A stretch of DNA of 53,919 nucleotides, taken from a virus. Taxonomy: Duplodnaviria > Caudoviricetes. The position numbers were made by a program, and so were the translations under genes. Where the stretch lies: IMG/VR virus record IMGVR_UViG_3300029171_000010, positions 1 through 53,919 of that record; one strand, written 5' to 3'. How positions within the stretch are numbered: the stretch's first letter is position 1; every line of letters starts with the position of its first letter. Of this stretch, positions 45,926 through 53,919 are shown in pieces. Under the pieces are notes generated by a model. It was not told where the DNA came from, made no database searches, and was given only the letters and a program-made list of their open reading frames with translations.

Positions 45926-48601
45926 TTAGATAATCCCGTAGATATTACTCGCGTTACTGGCGATCAATCGCACATCCGGCATGAGTGCTGCCCATGCCGA
46001 ACCGGTATACGCCATCTCGCTTTGTGCAATCGATCCGGGCATTGCCGTGGTAAACGTTGCACTATACAGCCCGTGGAATGGATAGTATTTGACGTAGCTA
46101 CTGGCGGTACTGCTCGCCGCGAACGCAAACCCGCTACGTTCGACGCTGTTGCCCATACGGGCCGCCATTATGCCATGAGATGCCGTAGCAATACTGTCGT
46201 TTGATGAGCGAAACCACAGCAAGCCCCAATAGCTATTGTTACTCAAGGTAAGGGAGGTATTGAACAAACTGCTATGAAGCGTCAGCCAGCGCATGCCGTT
46301 ATACAAGCTGCTGATAGAGTTGTTCGCCGCGCCGGTTCCCCATGACGTGCTACCACTTACCACCAGCGTAAGTTGGGTGCGGTTGGTAAGCTGGTAAATA
46401 CCGAACGAAATGGTACTACTGTGTGACGCGGTGGATGCCGTGCTGTTGCTATGGCTGAATGACATGTTCAGCAGCACCGTGCCAACCGTCATGTTTCCAG
46501 GAAAAATATCATCGGGCGGCGTAAGTGGGAATACCCATGCGCGGTTGAATGACATGCTGGCATGCGTTGCTGCGCCCGTGCCGGTATTCCATGCCCATGG
46601 GATATTGGCATACGCGCTAATCGTCGGGGCCACGGCTTGCGCTGCTCCGCTGACGGTAATGGTTGCCCCACCGGCGGCGGTGGATTGCGAGAGGGTAATG
46701 TTATTGCCGCCAGCAAAGATTACTTGGTTTGATACCGTGCCCGTGTTGCCGGATGTGTTGCCGCCCGTAGACACCCCTGCACTAAATGCCGCCCCGCCGC
46801 CGCCGCCACTAATGGTGATGGTCATCGATCCGCCATTGGTTGATCCACTGAGCGTGATTGCGTTGCCGCCAGCCAGTACCAGTTGATTGCCTGCCAGTCC
46901 CGTGTTACCGCTCGTATTGCCAATGTTTGACAAGCCCGCGCTATACGCACCTGCACCTGGTGTGGGAACTGACAACCACACCGTATGCACGCCGCCTGCG
47001 CCCGTCGATCCCGATACCGTGATATTATTCGTGCCCGCAATCACCCATGTGCCGTACTGTGTGGCGGTATTACCTGCGGTGTTGCCCGTGTTCGATCCGG
47101 CAGCCATTGCCGCAATCCCCGCGTGCTGGTGGCCTTCCAGCGCAAAGCGCCCCGCGTTCGCGCCAATGGCGTTGGCATTCGATACTTGGCTAATCGTCGT
47201 AGCCGTGCTCCAACTATTGATCAGACTGAGTGTCCCCGACGCGCCATTGATCGATTGACTGCCGATCATGCCATCACTGGCTACAATCACATAGCGCACT
47301 TGTGCGCCGCTGGCGACACCGGATGTCCCGCTGGTATTGCCAAGGTTGGACGCGCCAATGCTTTGTGATTCGGCGGATTGCGCCGATGCGCTAATACTAA
47401 TCGTTTGCCCGTTCGTGGTGACGGTAAGGTTGACCCCGGTATACAGCACCGTCCCGCTGGTGTAGGTGTTGCCAGCGGCAGCGGGAACCACAATGTTTTG
47501 CGTCTGGGCGGATTGATTGAACGCACTCACGGTGATGGACATCGATCCAGCATTCGTCGATCCGCTTAGAGTGATGTTATTGCCACCGATCAACGCTAGC
47601 CGTCCGGTGACAAATGCGGTATCACCAGCGGTATTGCCATTGGTGGACATCCCGCCACTGAATTGTGCGGGGACGGTTGGCACCGTATAGGATGCGGTGA
47701 CGGTCTGGCCGTTCAGGCCAAACGATACGCCGTTGCTATTCGAGAAGATCACCGTACCGCTCGTCGCTGTTGCCCCGCCTGCTGCGATACCACCAACAAA
47801 CGTCTGCGCTGATTGATTAAACGCGCTAATCGTGACGGCGTTCCCGGCCTGACTCAGTGTGATATTATTGCCGCCCGCCAGCGTCAGCGTGCCGCTACTG
47901 ATCTGCGCCATGGCACCAGCGGTATTCCCAGAGAGGGTCACATTGTGCAGGTTTTGCGTTTGTACGGTTTGGTTCGCGCCGCTTACACTTACGGTAATGC
48001 TGCCGCCGTTAGTTGAGCCGCTAAGGGTAATGTTATTGCCACCAGCCAGTACCATGCGCGCCGTAACCAACCCCGTATCGCCAGCGGTGTTGCCGTTGGT
48101 GGATATGCCGCCCGTAAACTGAGCGGGCACCGTGGGCACGGTGTAACTGCCCGTCATCGTCTGCCCGTTCATGCCGAACGCTAGGCCATTGCTATTACTG
48201 AAAATGACGGTACCACTGGTGGCGGTGGCTGCTCCTGCGCCGATACCACTGATACCCGTTTGTGCGCCACCTGCGTTGGCACCACTGATGGTAATCGTTG
48301 CGCCTGCGGCATTCGTCGATTGACTGACGGTAATATTATTGCCACCAGCAAACACCACGCGGTTACTCACGGTACCCGTATCACCGGCGGTGTTGCCGAG
48401 ATTGGATGCGCCCGCGCTGAACGCACCACCAGCGCCGCCGCTAATCCAAATGGTATTCACACCATTGGCGGCGGTCGATTGGCTAATGGTGATATTGTTG
48501 GTGCCTGCAATGACATTCGTAGCAAACGACGTGCCGGTATTCCCAGCCGTGTTGCCGGTATTTGAGACACCGATTGGGGTTGGCGGATAGTAGATCGGCA
48601 T
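45926..48601 (-). CDS. 891-aa G/S/T/N-rich repetitive fibre-like protein
   Basis: Repeated GNTAG[N/D]TG and AGGNNITLS units; distinct aromatic C-terminal head. Confidence 0.75.
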   Translation of the reverse strand: MPIYYPPTPIGVSNTGNTAGNTGTSFATNVIAGTNNITISQSTAANGVNTIWISGGAGGAFSAGASNLGNTAGDTGTVSNRVVFAGGNNITVSQSTNAAGATITISGANAGGAQTGISGIGAGAATATSGTVIFSNSNGLAFGMNGQTMTGSYTVPTVPAQFTGGISTNGNTAGDTGLVTARMVLAGGNNITLSGSTNGGSITVSVSGANQTVQTQNLHNVTLSGNTAGAMAQISSGTLTLAGGNNITLSQAGNAVTISAFNQSAQTFVGGIAAGGATATSGTVIFSNSNGVSFGLNGQTVTASYTVPTVPAQFSGGMSTNGNTAGDTAFVTGRLALIGGNNITLSGSTNAGSMSITVSAFNQSAQTQNIVVPAAAGNTYTSGTVLYTGVNLTVTTNGQTISISASAQSAESQSIGASNLGNTSGTSGVASGAQVRYVIVASDGMIGSQSINGASGTLSLINSWSTATTISQVSNANAIGANAGRFALEGHQHAGIAAMAAGSNTGNTAGNTATQYGTWVIAGTNNITVSGSTGAGGVHTVWLSVPTPGAGAYSAGLSNIGNTSGNTGLAGNQLVLAGGNAITLSGSTNGGSMTITISGGGGGAAFSAGVSTGGNTSGNTGTVSNQVIFAGGNNITLSQSTAAGGATITVSGAAQAVAPTISAYANIPWAWNTGTGAATHASMSFNRAWVFPLTPPDDIFPGNMTVGTVLLNMSFSHSNSTASTASHSSTISFGIYQLTNRTQLTLVVSGSTSWGTGAANNSISSLYNGMRWLTLHSSLFNTSLTLSNNSYWGLLWFRSSNDSIATASHGIMAARMGNSVERSGFAFAASSTASSYVKYYPFHGLYSATFTTAMPGSIAQSEMAYTGSAWAALMPDVRLIASNASNIYGII

Positions 48602-49555
48602 TTACCACTCACTCAGTTGGGCAGTCCCGCCCGCAATATCCCAAATCCCGTTAATCGATCCGGTGTAGCGCATCGGGAGTTCGTAATACCCGTTCGGCGC
48701 AATCTTGACGTTATAAGTTGCTGTACCGGCCAGTGCAGGCGCAAGGCGTAGATACAGATTGCCACCAGCGCCCACGGGATCGTTAAACACGCTTGCCCCT
48801 TGCCGGGCGGTGTTTGGAGCCAACAATACGATATGGCCAACGGTGCCCGCGATGCGACTATCTGTCACCGCACTAATCGGCGGCTGGTGGAATGTACCAC
48901 CCCACACGCTACCGGCAACAGAAAGCGTACCGCCAGCAAGTGCGCTTGCAATGTGGACGCTGCCCGCCAATGGCTGCATCGTGCCAAGTGCAGATACGGT
49001 GCCTGCAATGGTGCCAATATCAGCGGTGCCGGGCAAGCGTGAAGCCAGATGCACGCTGCCTGCGAGTGGTTGCGTGGTGCCAAGAATTGACACCGTGCCG
49101 CTTGCTAAATGCACCGATCCGGCTAATGGCTGAAAGGTGCCAAGCGCCTGCACTGTTCCAGCGATAGTACCAATGTCTACCGTACCCGGAAGCCGTGAAG
49201 CGAGATGTACCGATCCGGCAAGTGGCTGATATGTTCCGAGTTGCTGTCCTGTGCCATGCAACTGCACCGTGCCACTAATCGTATTCGCGAGATGGACGCT
49301 GCCCGCCAACGGCTGTACCGTACCCGCTACGGATACATCGTTATTGGCACCCAGATTCACCAGTAACCCATCGGCAAGCGTGGCCGGAAGATCAATCGCT
49401 TCCCCGTTGGCCGTGCGCACGGCAGCAGCCACCCGCTGTACCTGCTGTGCGGTGACAACCCCACCATTGAGTGTGGTTACTTCCTCAGTGCTTACCACCG
49501 TCAGATCGGGCGGGGTTGCTGGGGTGCCTGATTGGTAAATGACGTTATCGGCCAT
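48602..49555 (-). CDS. Repeat-containing fibre-like protein
   Basis: GTxQPLAGSVH[L/I]A five times. Confidence 0.7.
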   Translation of the reverse strand: MADNVIYQSGTPATPPDLTVVSTEEVTTLNGGVVTAQQVQRVAAAVRTANGEAIDLPATLADGLLVNLGANNDVSVAGTVQPLAGSVHLANTISGTVQLHGTGQQLGTYQPLAGSVHLASRLPGTVDIGTIAGTVQALGTFQPLAGSVHLASGTVSILGTTQPLAGSVHLASRLPGTADIGTIAGTVSALGTMQPLAGSVHIASALAGGTLSVAGSVWGGTFHQPPISAVTDSRIAGTVGHIVLLAPNTARQGASVFNDPVGAGGNLYLRLAPALAGTATYNVKIAPNGYYELPMRYTGSINGIWDIAGGTAQLSEW

Positions 49556-49562
49556 GCATCAC

Positions 49563-50252
49563 CTATATCGGGTGTCGAAGAATAATTTGTGTCGATCCAC
49601 TGGCGGGTGGTGTTGGATTAGCGCCGCCATCGGCAAACGATCCAGCGACAGTCAGATCGTAGTTGTTACTCCCACTGTCGTCGCCTGCCGTGGCGGCACT
49701 TGCAAGCCGGTAATCTGCCCATAAGTTGCTGGTACGCACCGGCGTGGTTGAGCGCCACTCCGCATCCATTTCGCTATCACTCAGGGCGACACCGCTCCAA
49801 ATACGCGCATACGTAAGCTCACCATTCAAAAATTCGCTATACGCGTTATTAAATAAGGCAATTTCGCCCGACGCACCGTAGGCAGTATTGCGGTTCTTGG
49901 TTTCACTATTCGATGTTTTTGTCAGCGACCCTCCCGCCTCGGTACCGATGTACACTGATCGGCTCGTGTTTGTACGGACATACCCGACGAAATACCATGT
50001 ATCTAGCGTGAGTGCGCCCAACACCACGTTGCTAGCGCTATCGGTTAATTCGAGTGTTACGCCGTCGGCTTGCGTAGAAAAGAAAACCTCACCATCTGCG
50101 TTGTTGCCGTTAAGATAAAACACGGTTGCGAAACTATTGGTATCAACCTTGATCTTGACCCACCCGCACACTGAATGCGTTGCAGCATTCGGAAGATTTG
50201 CCACCGTGCTATACGTGAGCTTATCGGCACTAGCATCACCGCGTACACTCAT
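49563..50252 (-). CDS. LamG / concanavalin A-like domain protein
   Basis: HSVCGWVK, TWYFVG, LNGELTYARIW..ALS. Confidence 0.8.
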   Translation of the reverse strand: MSVRGDASADKLTYSTVANLPNAATHSVCGWVKIKVDTNSFATVFYLNGNNADGEVFFSTQADGVTLELTDSASNVVLGALTLDTWYFVGYVRTNTSRSVYIGTEAGGSLTKTSNSETKNRNTAYGASGEIALFNNAYSEFLNGELTYARIWSGVALSDSEMDAEWRSTTPVRTSNLWADYRLASAATAGDDSGSNNYDLTVAGSFADGGANPTPPASGSTQIILRHPI

Positions 50253-50383
50253 AGCGCTCCCCGACTGGCCGCATACACCACCGCCAACCCTAACATCACT
50301 ATACATCCAGCAATCAGCAGCAGCCCAGCCACGCCGATAGCGAGCCAAAAGATATTGAGATCGGCGTGTTCGGGATGGTTCAT
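50249..50383 (-). CDS. 44-aa TM peptide, holin candidate
   Basis: IFWLAIGVAGLLLIAGCIVMLGLAVVYAA; near lysin; ATGA coupling. Confidence 0.5.
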   Translation of the reverse strand: MNHPEHADLNIFWLAIGVAGLLLIAGCIVMLGLAVVYAASRGAL

Positions 50384-50893
50384 CTATGCACTACCTCGCA
50401 GCGCTGCTACTTCACTGCGCAACCGCCGATTCTCGCGCTCACTCTCATCAAGTGCCAGTTGTAACGCGGTGCGCTTCTGATCGCTCTGTGCTCGCGCCTC
50501 ATTCGATGCAGCAAGCTGCACCTTGAGTTCAGCTACTTCAACTTGCAGGCTTTGGATTTGGGATGCCTGATAGTGTTTATCTTCAATCGCGGCGCGTAGT
50601 TGTTCTTGTGTTGCACTGAGCGCCGTAGACATGTTCACAAGTTCACTATCTTGGCGAGCAGTGATACTGTTGAGCATATCGGCATAGCGCTGCACGTTGC
50701 CAAGTTGCTCACGCGCCGCGCTCAAATCAGCGCGCAGTGTTTCGATAACGCCATCCATCCGCACCAGATTGCGCTGCATCTCCGAGAGCGTCGGCTCTTT
50801 TGGCGGGGGCGGCATATCAGAGCGCGTCAGCCACGGGAACCAATCGAGGATTGAATAAACGGCGGTGTTTTGTCCTGTGGTGTAGTGTGTCAT
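50384..50893 (-). CDS. Coiled-coil protein
   Basis: Heptad pattern; lysis module. Confidence 0.7.
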   Translation of the reverse strand: MTHYTTGQNTAVYSILDWFPWLTRSDMPPPPKEPTLSEMQRNLVRMDGVIETLRADLSAAREQLGNVQRYADMLNSITARQDSELVNMSTALSATQEQLRAAIEDKHYQASQIQSLQVEVAELKVQLAASNEARAQSDQKRTALQLALDESERENRRLRSEVAALRGSA

Positions 50894-51189
50894 GGCTGCG
50901 TACTATCCTCGATTTCTGATTCAAATGGCTGGCGGCGGTAAATGTGTCGTTCTTGCGCTTCCTGGCGCTCATGTAGTTGATCGAGCTGACGAACTAGTCC
51001 ACCAACCAGCGCCGTTAACTCAGTGACTTGGTTCTCTAGTTTATGGATACGTTCGCCAACCCGTTCGTCAATGTCCAGCACGGTTTGCTGCATCACATCG
51101 CGAACAGCAGCAGTAAGATCGGCAAGATGGTGATCGCTGGCAATCGCCCAGCTTTTCGCGATTTGTTCGAGGGTTGGCGCTTTGGTCAT
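50890..51189 (-). CDS. Coiled-coil protein
   Basis: ATGA coupling to lysin. Confidence 0.65.
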   Translation of the reverse strand: MTKAPTLEQIAKSWAIASDHHLADLTAAVRDVMQQTVLDIDERVGERIHKLENQVTELTALVGGLVRQLDQLHERQEAQERHIYRRQPFESEIEDSTQP

Positions 51190-52298
51190 GACACCTTCGC
51201 TATTCTATTTGCCCATGCGGCAATCTTGTCAGCATACATCGGCCCTGGTACTGCCCATGTTCCTTCAAGTCCTTTGAGCGTCGGCGCACTGCCATGCATC
51301 GCCAGTGGCAACGGTCGCCACGTCAGCGCATAATCCACCGCCGCCTGTTGCGCGTTCGTGCGCTCCTCTGGCAGCGTGGCATAGGCGAGGAGCCGCCCCA
51401 GATGCGCGGGGATCGCGTGATGTACCCACGTTGGGAATGATACGCCAAAGCGCCAGACACCCGACGCGGCATCGGGTTGCCAGTGCGTATAGGGCAGTGG
51501 GCGCGGATCGCTCAGTGGGCGGGTATCACCATTCACGCCAATACCTGCGGGGTTGCGCCGTGGGCGCGCTGCCCAGAAACTACTCAGGCCACCGGTTTCG
51601 TGGATCATCTGGGCAATCGCCAGGATCGGATTGAGGCCGAGTGGTACGCATAGTTTGGCATACGTGGTAATGATCAGGATTTTATCTGCGAACGTGTATT
51701 CGCTAGTCGGTAAGAGGTTGACGATGTGGCGAATGTTGATAGGCACTTCACCAAGGATTGGGCTGTCTTCGGTGTACGGGCGGTTCATTGCTTGCTGGAG
51801 CCACTGCTGAATAAGTGGCTTTTGTTTATACGCTACATCGCCGGGGCATGTGCGTCTGTCACAATCGCGGTGGGCATTAATATCCGCCCCGATGCCTGCC
51901 CATTGGTGCAACGCGGCAGCGCATTCAACCAACAGCGTGAGCTGTGCGTTCTGCATTGGGCGGGTGGCGAAATCGCCAACAACCTCGATACCAAACCGCA
52001 AACCGTTACAGCTTGGCGAGTGGGTGCCAGCAATGGACGGCGGGGTCATAACAAAGATACCGTCATGGTTGGTACCGACGGCGAGATACAAGTGTGGGCC
52101 GGTTGTCCATCCAAGCCCTTCATAGGTCGTTTGCATACTGCGCATACTGGCATGGCCACGCCATTGTGATTCGTTGGGTTTGTACGTATTATGGTACGTA
52201 CTCCCAATCACCGGCCACGTCGGGCGCAGCTGGGTTGCAAGCCATGCCCGAAAGGCGGCAACCGTGGGGAAGTGTAAATTGAGATTGACGAACCCCAT
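51186..52298 (-). CDS. Endolysin: amidase_2 plus GH73-like glucosaminidase domain
   Basis: HNT, GPHL, GIEVVG, HRD..TCPG; AQMIHETG, NPAGIG, WA...YA; GGAG RBS before 52298. Confidence 0.88.
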   Translation of the reverse strand: MGFVNLNLHFPTVAAFRAWLATQLRPTWPVIGSTYHNTYKPNESQWRGHASMRSMQTTYEGLGWTTGPHLYLAVGTNHDGIFVMTPPSIAGTHSPSCNGLRFGIEVVGDFATRPMQNAQLTLLVECAAALHQWAGIGADINAHRDCDRRTCPGDVAYKQKPLIQQWLQQAMNRPYTEDSPILGEVPINIRHIVNLLPTSEYTFADKILIITTYAKLCVPLGLNPILAIAQMIHETGGLSSFWAARPRRNPAGIGVNGDTRPLSDPRPLPYTHWQPDAASGVWRFGVSFPTWVHHAIPAHLGRLLAYATLPEERTNAQQAAVDYALTWRPLPLAMHGSAPTLKGLEGTWAVPGPMYADKIAAWANRIAKVS

Positions 52299-52324
52299 GC
52301 AGGCACTCCATAGGTAATGCACTC

Positions 52325-52344
52325 AGTATAGCACAGTGCGTCAA
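52325..52344 (-). promoter_or_regulatory. Short-spacer promoter heading the late arm
   Basis: TTGACG-8-TATACT; back-to-back with early promoter P1. Confidence 0.7.
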
Positions 52345-52441
52345 TATTTATGTACGAAGTCGCATAGCAGTATGACAATACAATAATTGTATCTATGCAA
52401 TATTTATGTTACAATGGATTACGTAACGATAAGGAGCAATC

Positions 52442-52696
52442 ATGATGAACGTAGCAGATATTGCAAAAGCACTGAACCGACCGTACATGTCAATTTGGCG
52501 GCTGCACAAAGCTGGTAAAATCGCCATCGTTGATGGTCAGCCAAAAATAAACTATGATCGGCGTGGGCGCAAAGCAAAGCGTCGCGAAACGTACGCGATC
52601 ATCGCTGAGCAGATTGGTGTCAGCGAGCAAACGGCGATTAACTATGATCGCCGTGGAAAGCTGGTTGACACCGGCGATGGATGGATTGTCATATAA
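52442..52696 (+). CDS. Double-HTH regulator, second allele
   Basis: Differs from 74-328 at 3 residues (INGE vs VDGQ). Confidence 0.75.
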   Translation: MMNVADIAKALNRPYMSIWRLHKAGKIAIVDGQPKINYDRRGRKAKRRETYAIIAEQIGVSEQTAINYDRRGKLVDTGDGWIVI

Positions 52697-52775
52697 TATA
52701 CACATATTACCTATTGCATCTATGCACAATTCGTGATATACTTGCAGTAGGTTTTATTGATTAGAGGGGCACACC

Positions 52776-53030
52776 ATGAGCGCAGCAACCGCCAAAGCCG
52801 CAGCCTATAGCACAATCCTCCACGATTACCCCGTCACACTCTCACCCCTACCAGCGGCGATCACGCTGGATGAACTGATCGCCATCAAAGGTGACCAGCG
52901 CGGTATCACCTACCGGCAGTTGGCCGCACACCAGAAGCGAGCGCTCGCGGTGGAACTGGCAATGCGACAGGGCGCAACGAGTGACGTAGCGCAGGCTTAC
53001 CTGGATCGACGATTCGGAGGATCGCACTAA
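52776..53030 (+). CDS. Hypothetical protein, second allele of 410-658
   Basis: Alignment by eye. Confidence 0.75.
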   Translation: MSAATAKAAAYSTILHDYPVTLSPLPAAITLDELIAIKGDQRGITYRQLAAHQKRALAVELAMRQGATSDVAQAYLDRRFGGSH

Positions 53031-53053
53031 TGGCAACACAAAGGAGAAACGAC

Positions 53054-53293
53054 ATGAACGACATTACAGTTATTGCACCAGAAAAAGCGATGCGCTTTCG
53101 CCACAACAGCCCATTCGGATTATACGGAGTCGAAGTAAAAATCATCAAGGTCACGCCCAAGCGCGTACTGTGTGAAGCCACCGAGCACGGTACCGGCCCA
53201 TCGGGTCGCGAAATGAACCCCGGTGATCGGTTTTATGCACCACTGAACCGCATTGTTGATACTGATACTGCTGGCCCACGGGTGCGACCATGA
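53054..53293 (+). CDS. Hypothetical protein unique to second copy
   Basis: AAGGAG RBS before ATG 53054; VKIIKVTPKRV. Confidence 0.7.
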   Translation: MNDITVIAPEKAMRFRHNSPFGLYGVEVKIIKVTPKRVLCEATEHGTGPSGREMNPGDRFYAPLNRIVDTDTAGPRVRP

Positions 53294-53427
53294 CGAACCC
53301 TGTACCCATCCGCATCCTGGTTGCGATGCATGACGCACAGCAACCAGGACATGAGAGCGATGAGGATCGTATTGTTCGACGGATTGTTGAGTTTTTGGAA
53401 GCAATGAAAAGCGCCGCTGAGGAATAG
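53290..53427 (+). CDS. 45-aa protein, allele of 658-816
   Basis: ATGA coupling; ends EAMKSAAEE*. Confidence 0.65.
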   Translation: MTNPVPIRILVAMHDAQQPGHESDEDRIVRRIVEFLEAMKSAAEE

Positions 53428-53453
53428 CGGCGCAAGGGAAAGGGAAACGACAG

Positions 53454-53855
53454 ATGCAGTATACCACAGAGTACGCCATCGCGTACAACCATCACGATCA
53501 CATGTTTGATGTGTTCTGGCAGGGGACGCGCATCGATTCGATGCTGCCATCCTATACGGACGGCGAACACAGTATCCAACTCCATCAAGCGATTGAGGCC
53601 GCACAGGAAGCATGTTGCACCGAATCGCCAATGCACCGCGCCTTTCGCTGCGTGTATGAGCGCTACCCCAGTGCCACTATCGGATCGTGGCGCGATTATA
53701 TCCATAACCTCTCGCCGATTACGACTGACTATGCCATCATCGCCATTACCGGCTATGGCTATAGCGTACATGCGGTAAGCGATGGTTATTTGTCGAGTTG
53801 GATTGAAACCGTGTTTGCTCATGAACACAGCCTACCACATGAGGCCGCAGAATGA
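53454..53855 (+). CDS. Hypothetical protein, allele of 1530-1931
   Basis: Same length, high identity. Confidence 0.8.
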   Translation: MQYTTEYAIAYNHHDHMFDVFWQGTRIDSMLPSYTDGEHSIQLHQAIEAAQEACCTESPMHRAFRCVYERYPSATIGSWRDYIHNLSPITTDYAIIAITGYGYSVHAVSDGYLSSWIETVFAHEHSLPHEAAE

Positions 53856-53902
53856 AACGACGATACGGGGACGTTAGCACTACGCTCCTTGATGCAGCGC
53901 CC

Positions 53903-53919
53903 GATCGTGACTGGGAAAC
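53903..53919 (-). other. Untrimmed random-amplification (Round A/B, SISPA) primer tag
   Basis: GATCGTGACTGGGAAAC is the exact reverse complement of GTTTCCCAGTCACGATC. Confidence 0.9.

Larger units (their letters stand above)
1..52368. mobile_element. Complete temperate tailed phage genome (siphovirus-type, HK97 capsid), one unit length
   Basis: Terminase, portal, protease, MCP, tail tube, TMP, Dit, lysin, integrase and replication genes all present; position 1 sequence recurs at 52369. Confidence 0.95.
52369..53900 (+). repeat. Diverged second copy of 1-1976
   Basis: Collinear with many substitutions and two gene-sized indels. Confidence 0.95.

Noticed and set aside
17510-52282. Numerous + strand ORFs across the late arm
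   Set aside because: Antisense shadows of tightly packed - strand genes without RBS or motifs
52369-53900. True direct terminal repeat of the virion DNA
   Set aside because: Copies differ by many SNPs and two gene-sized indels, and the end carries a library primer

Overview
The window is one essentially complete temperate siphovirus-type phage genome with a unit length of about 52,368 bp. About 1.5 kb of a diverged second copy of its start follows (52369-53900), and the window ends in a random-amplification primer tag (53903-53919). The + arm (1-17.3 kb) holds early genes: HTH regulators, a RepB-type primase, a VapE-like ATPase followed by an iteron-rich origin, an MT-A70 adenine methyltransferase, a RusA-like resolvase, Xis and tyrosine integrase, and many small ORFs. 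The - arm (52.3 to 17.4 kb) holds, in order: endolysin, fibre-like proteins, a glycosyltransferase/methyltransferase pair, TerS/TerL, a portal-MuF fusion, an extended prohead protease, HK97 capsid, decoration proteins, a second glycosyltransferase/methyltransferase cassette with its own promoter, tail tube, a frameshifting chaperone, TMP, evolved Dit, Tal-like protein and an SGNH esterase. The host is inferred, not shown, to be Chloroflexota. Three signals stand out. (1) There are four glycosyltransferase and three methyltransferase domains in the virion arm, and outer virion proteins are strongly enriched in Gly-Thr/Gly-Ser dipeptides, suggesting a virion glycosylation system with a candidate sequon. 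(2) Five promoter-like sites have a TTG hexamer only 7-8 bp from an extended -10. (3) Three of those are followed by a leader and intrinsic terminator, and two leaders share a 19-nt motif, suggesting an antitermination switch. All product calls come from reading motifs and gene order by eye; no database search was run.
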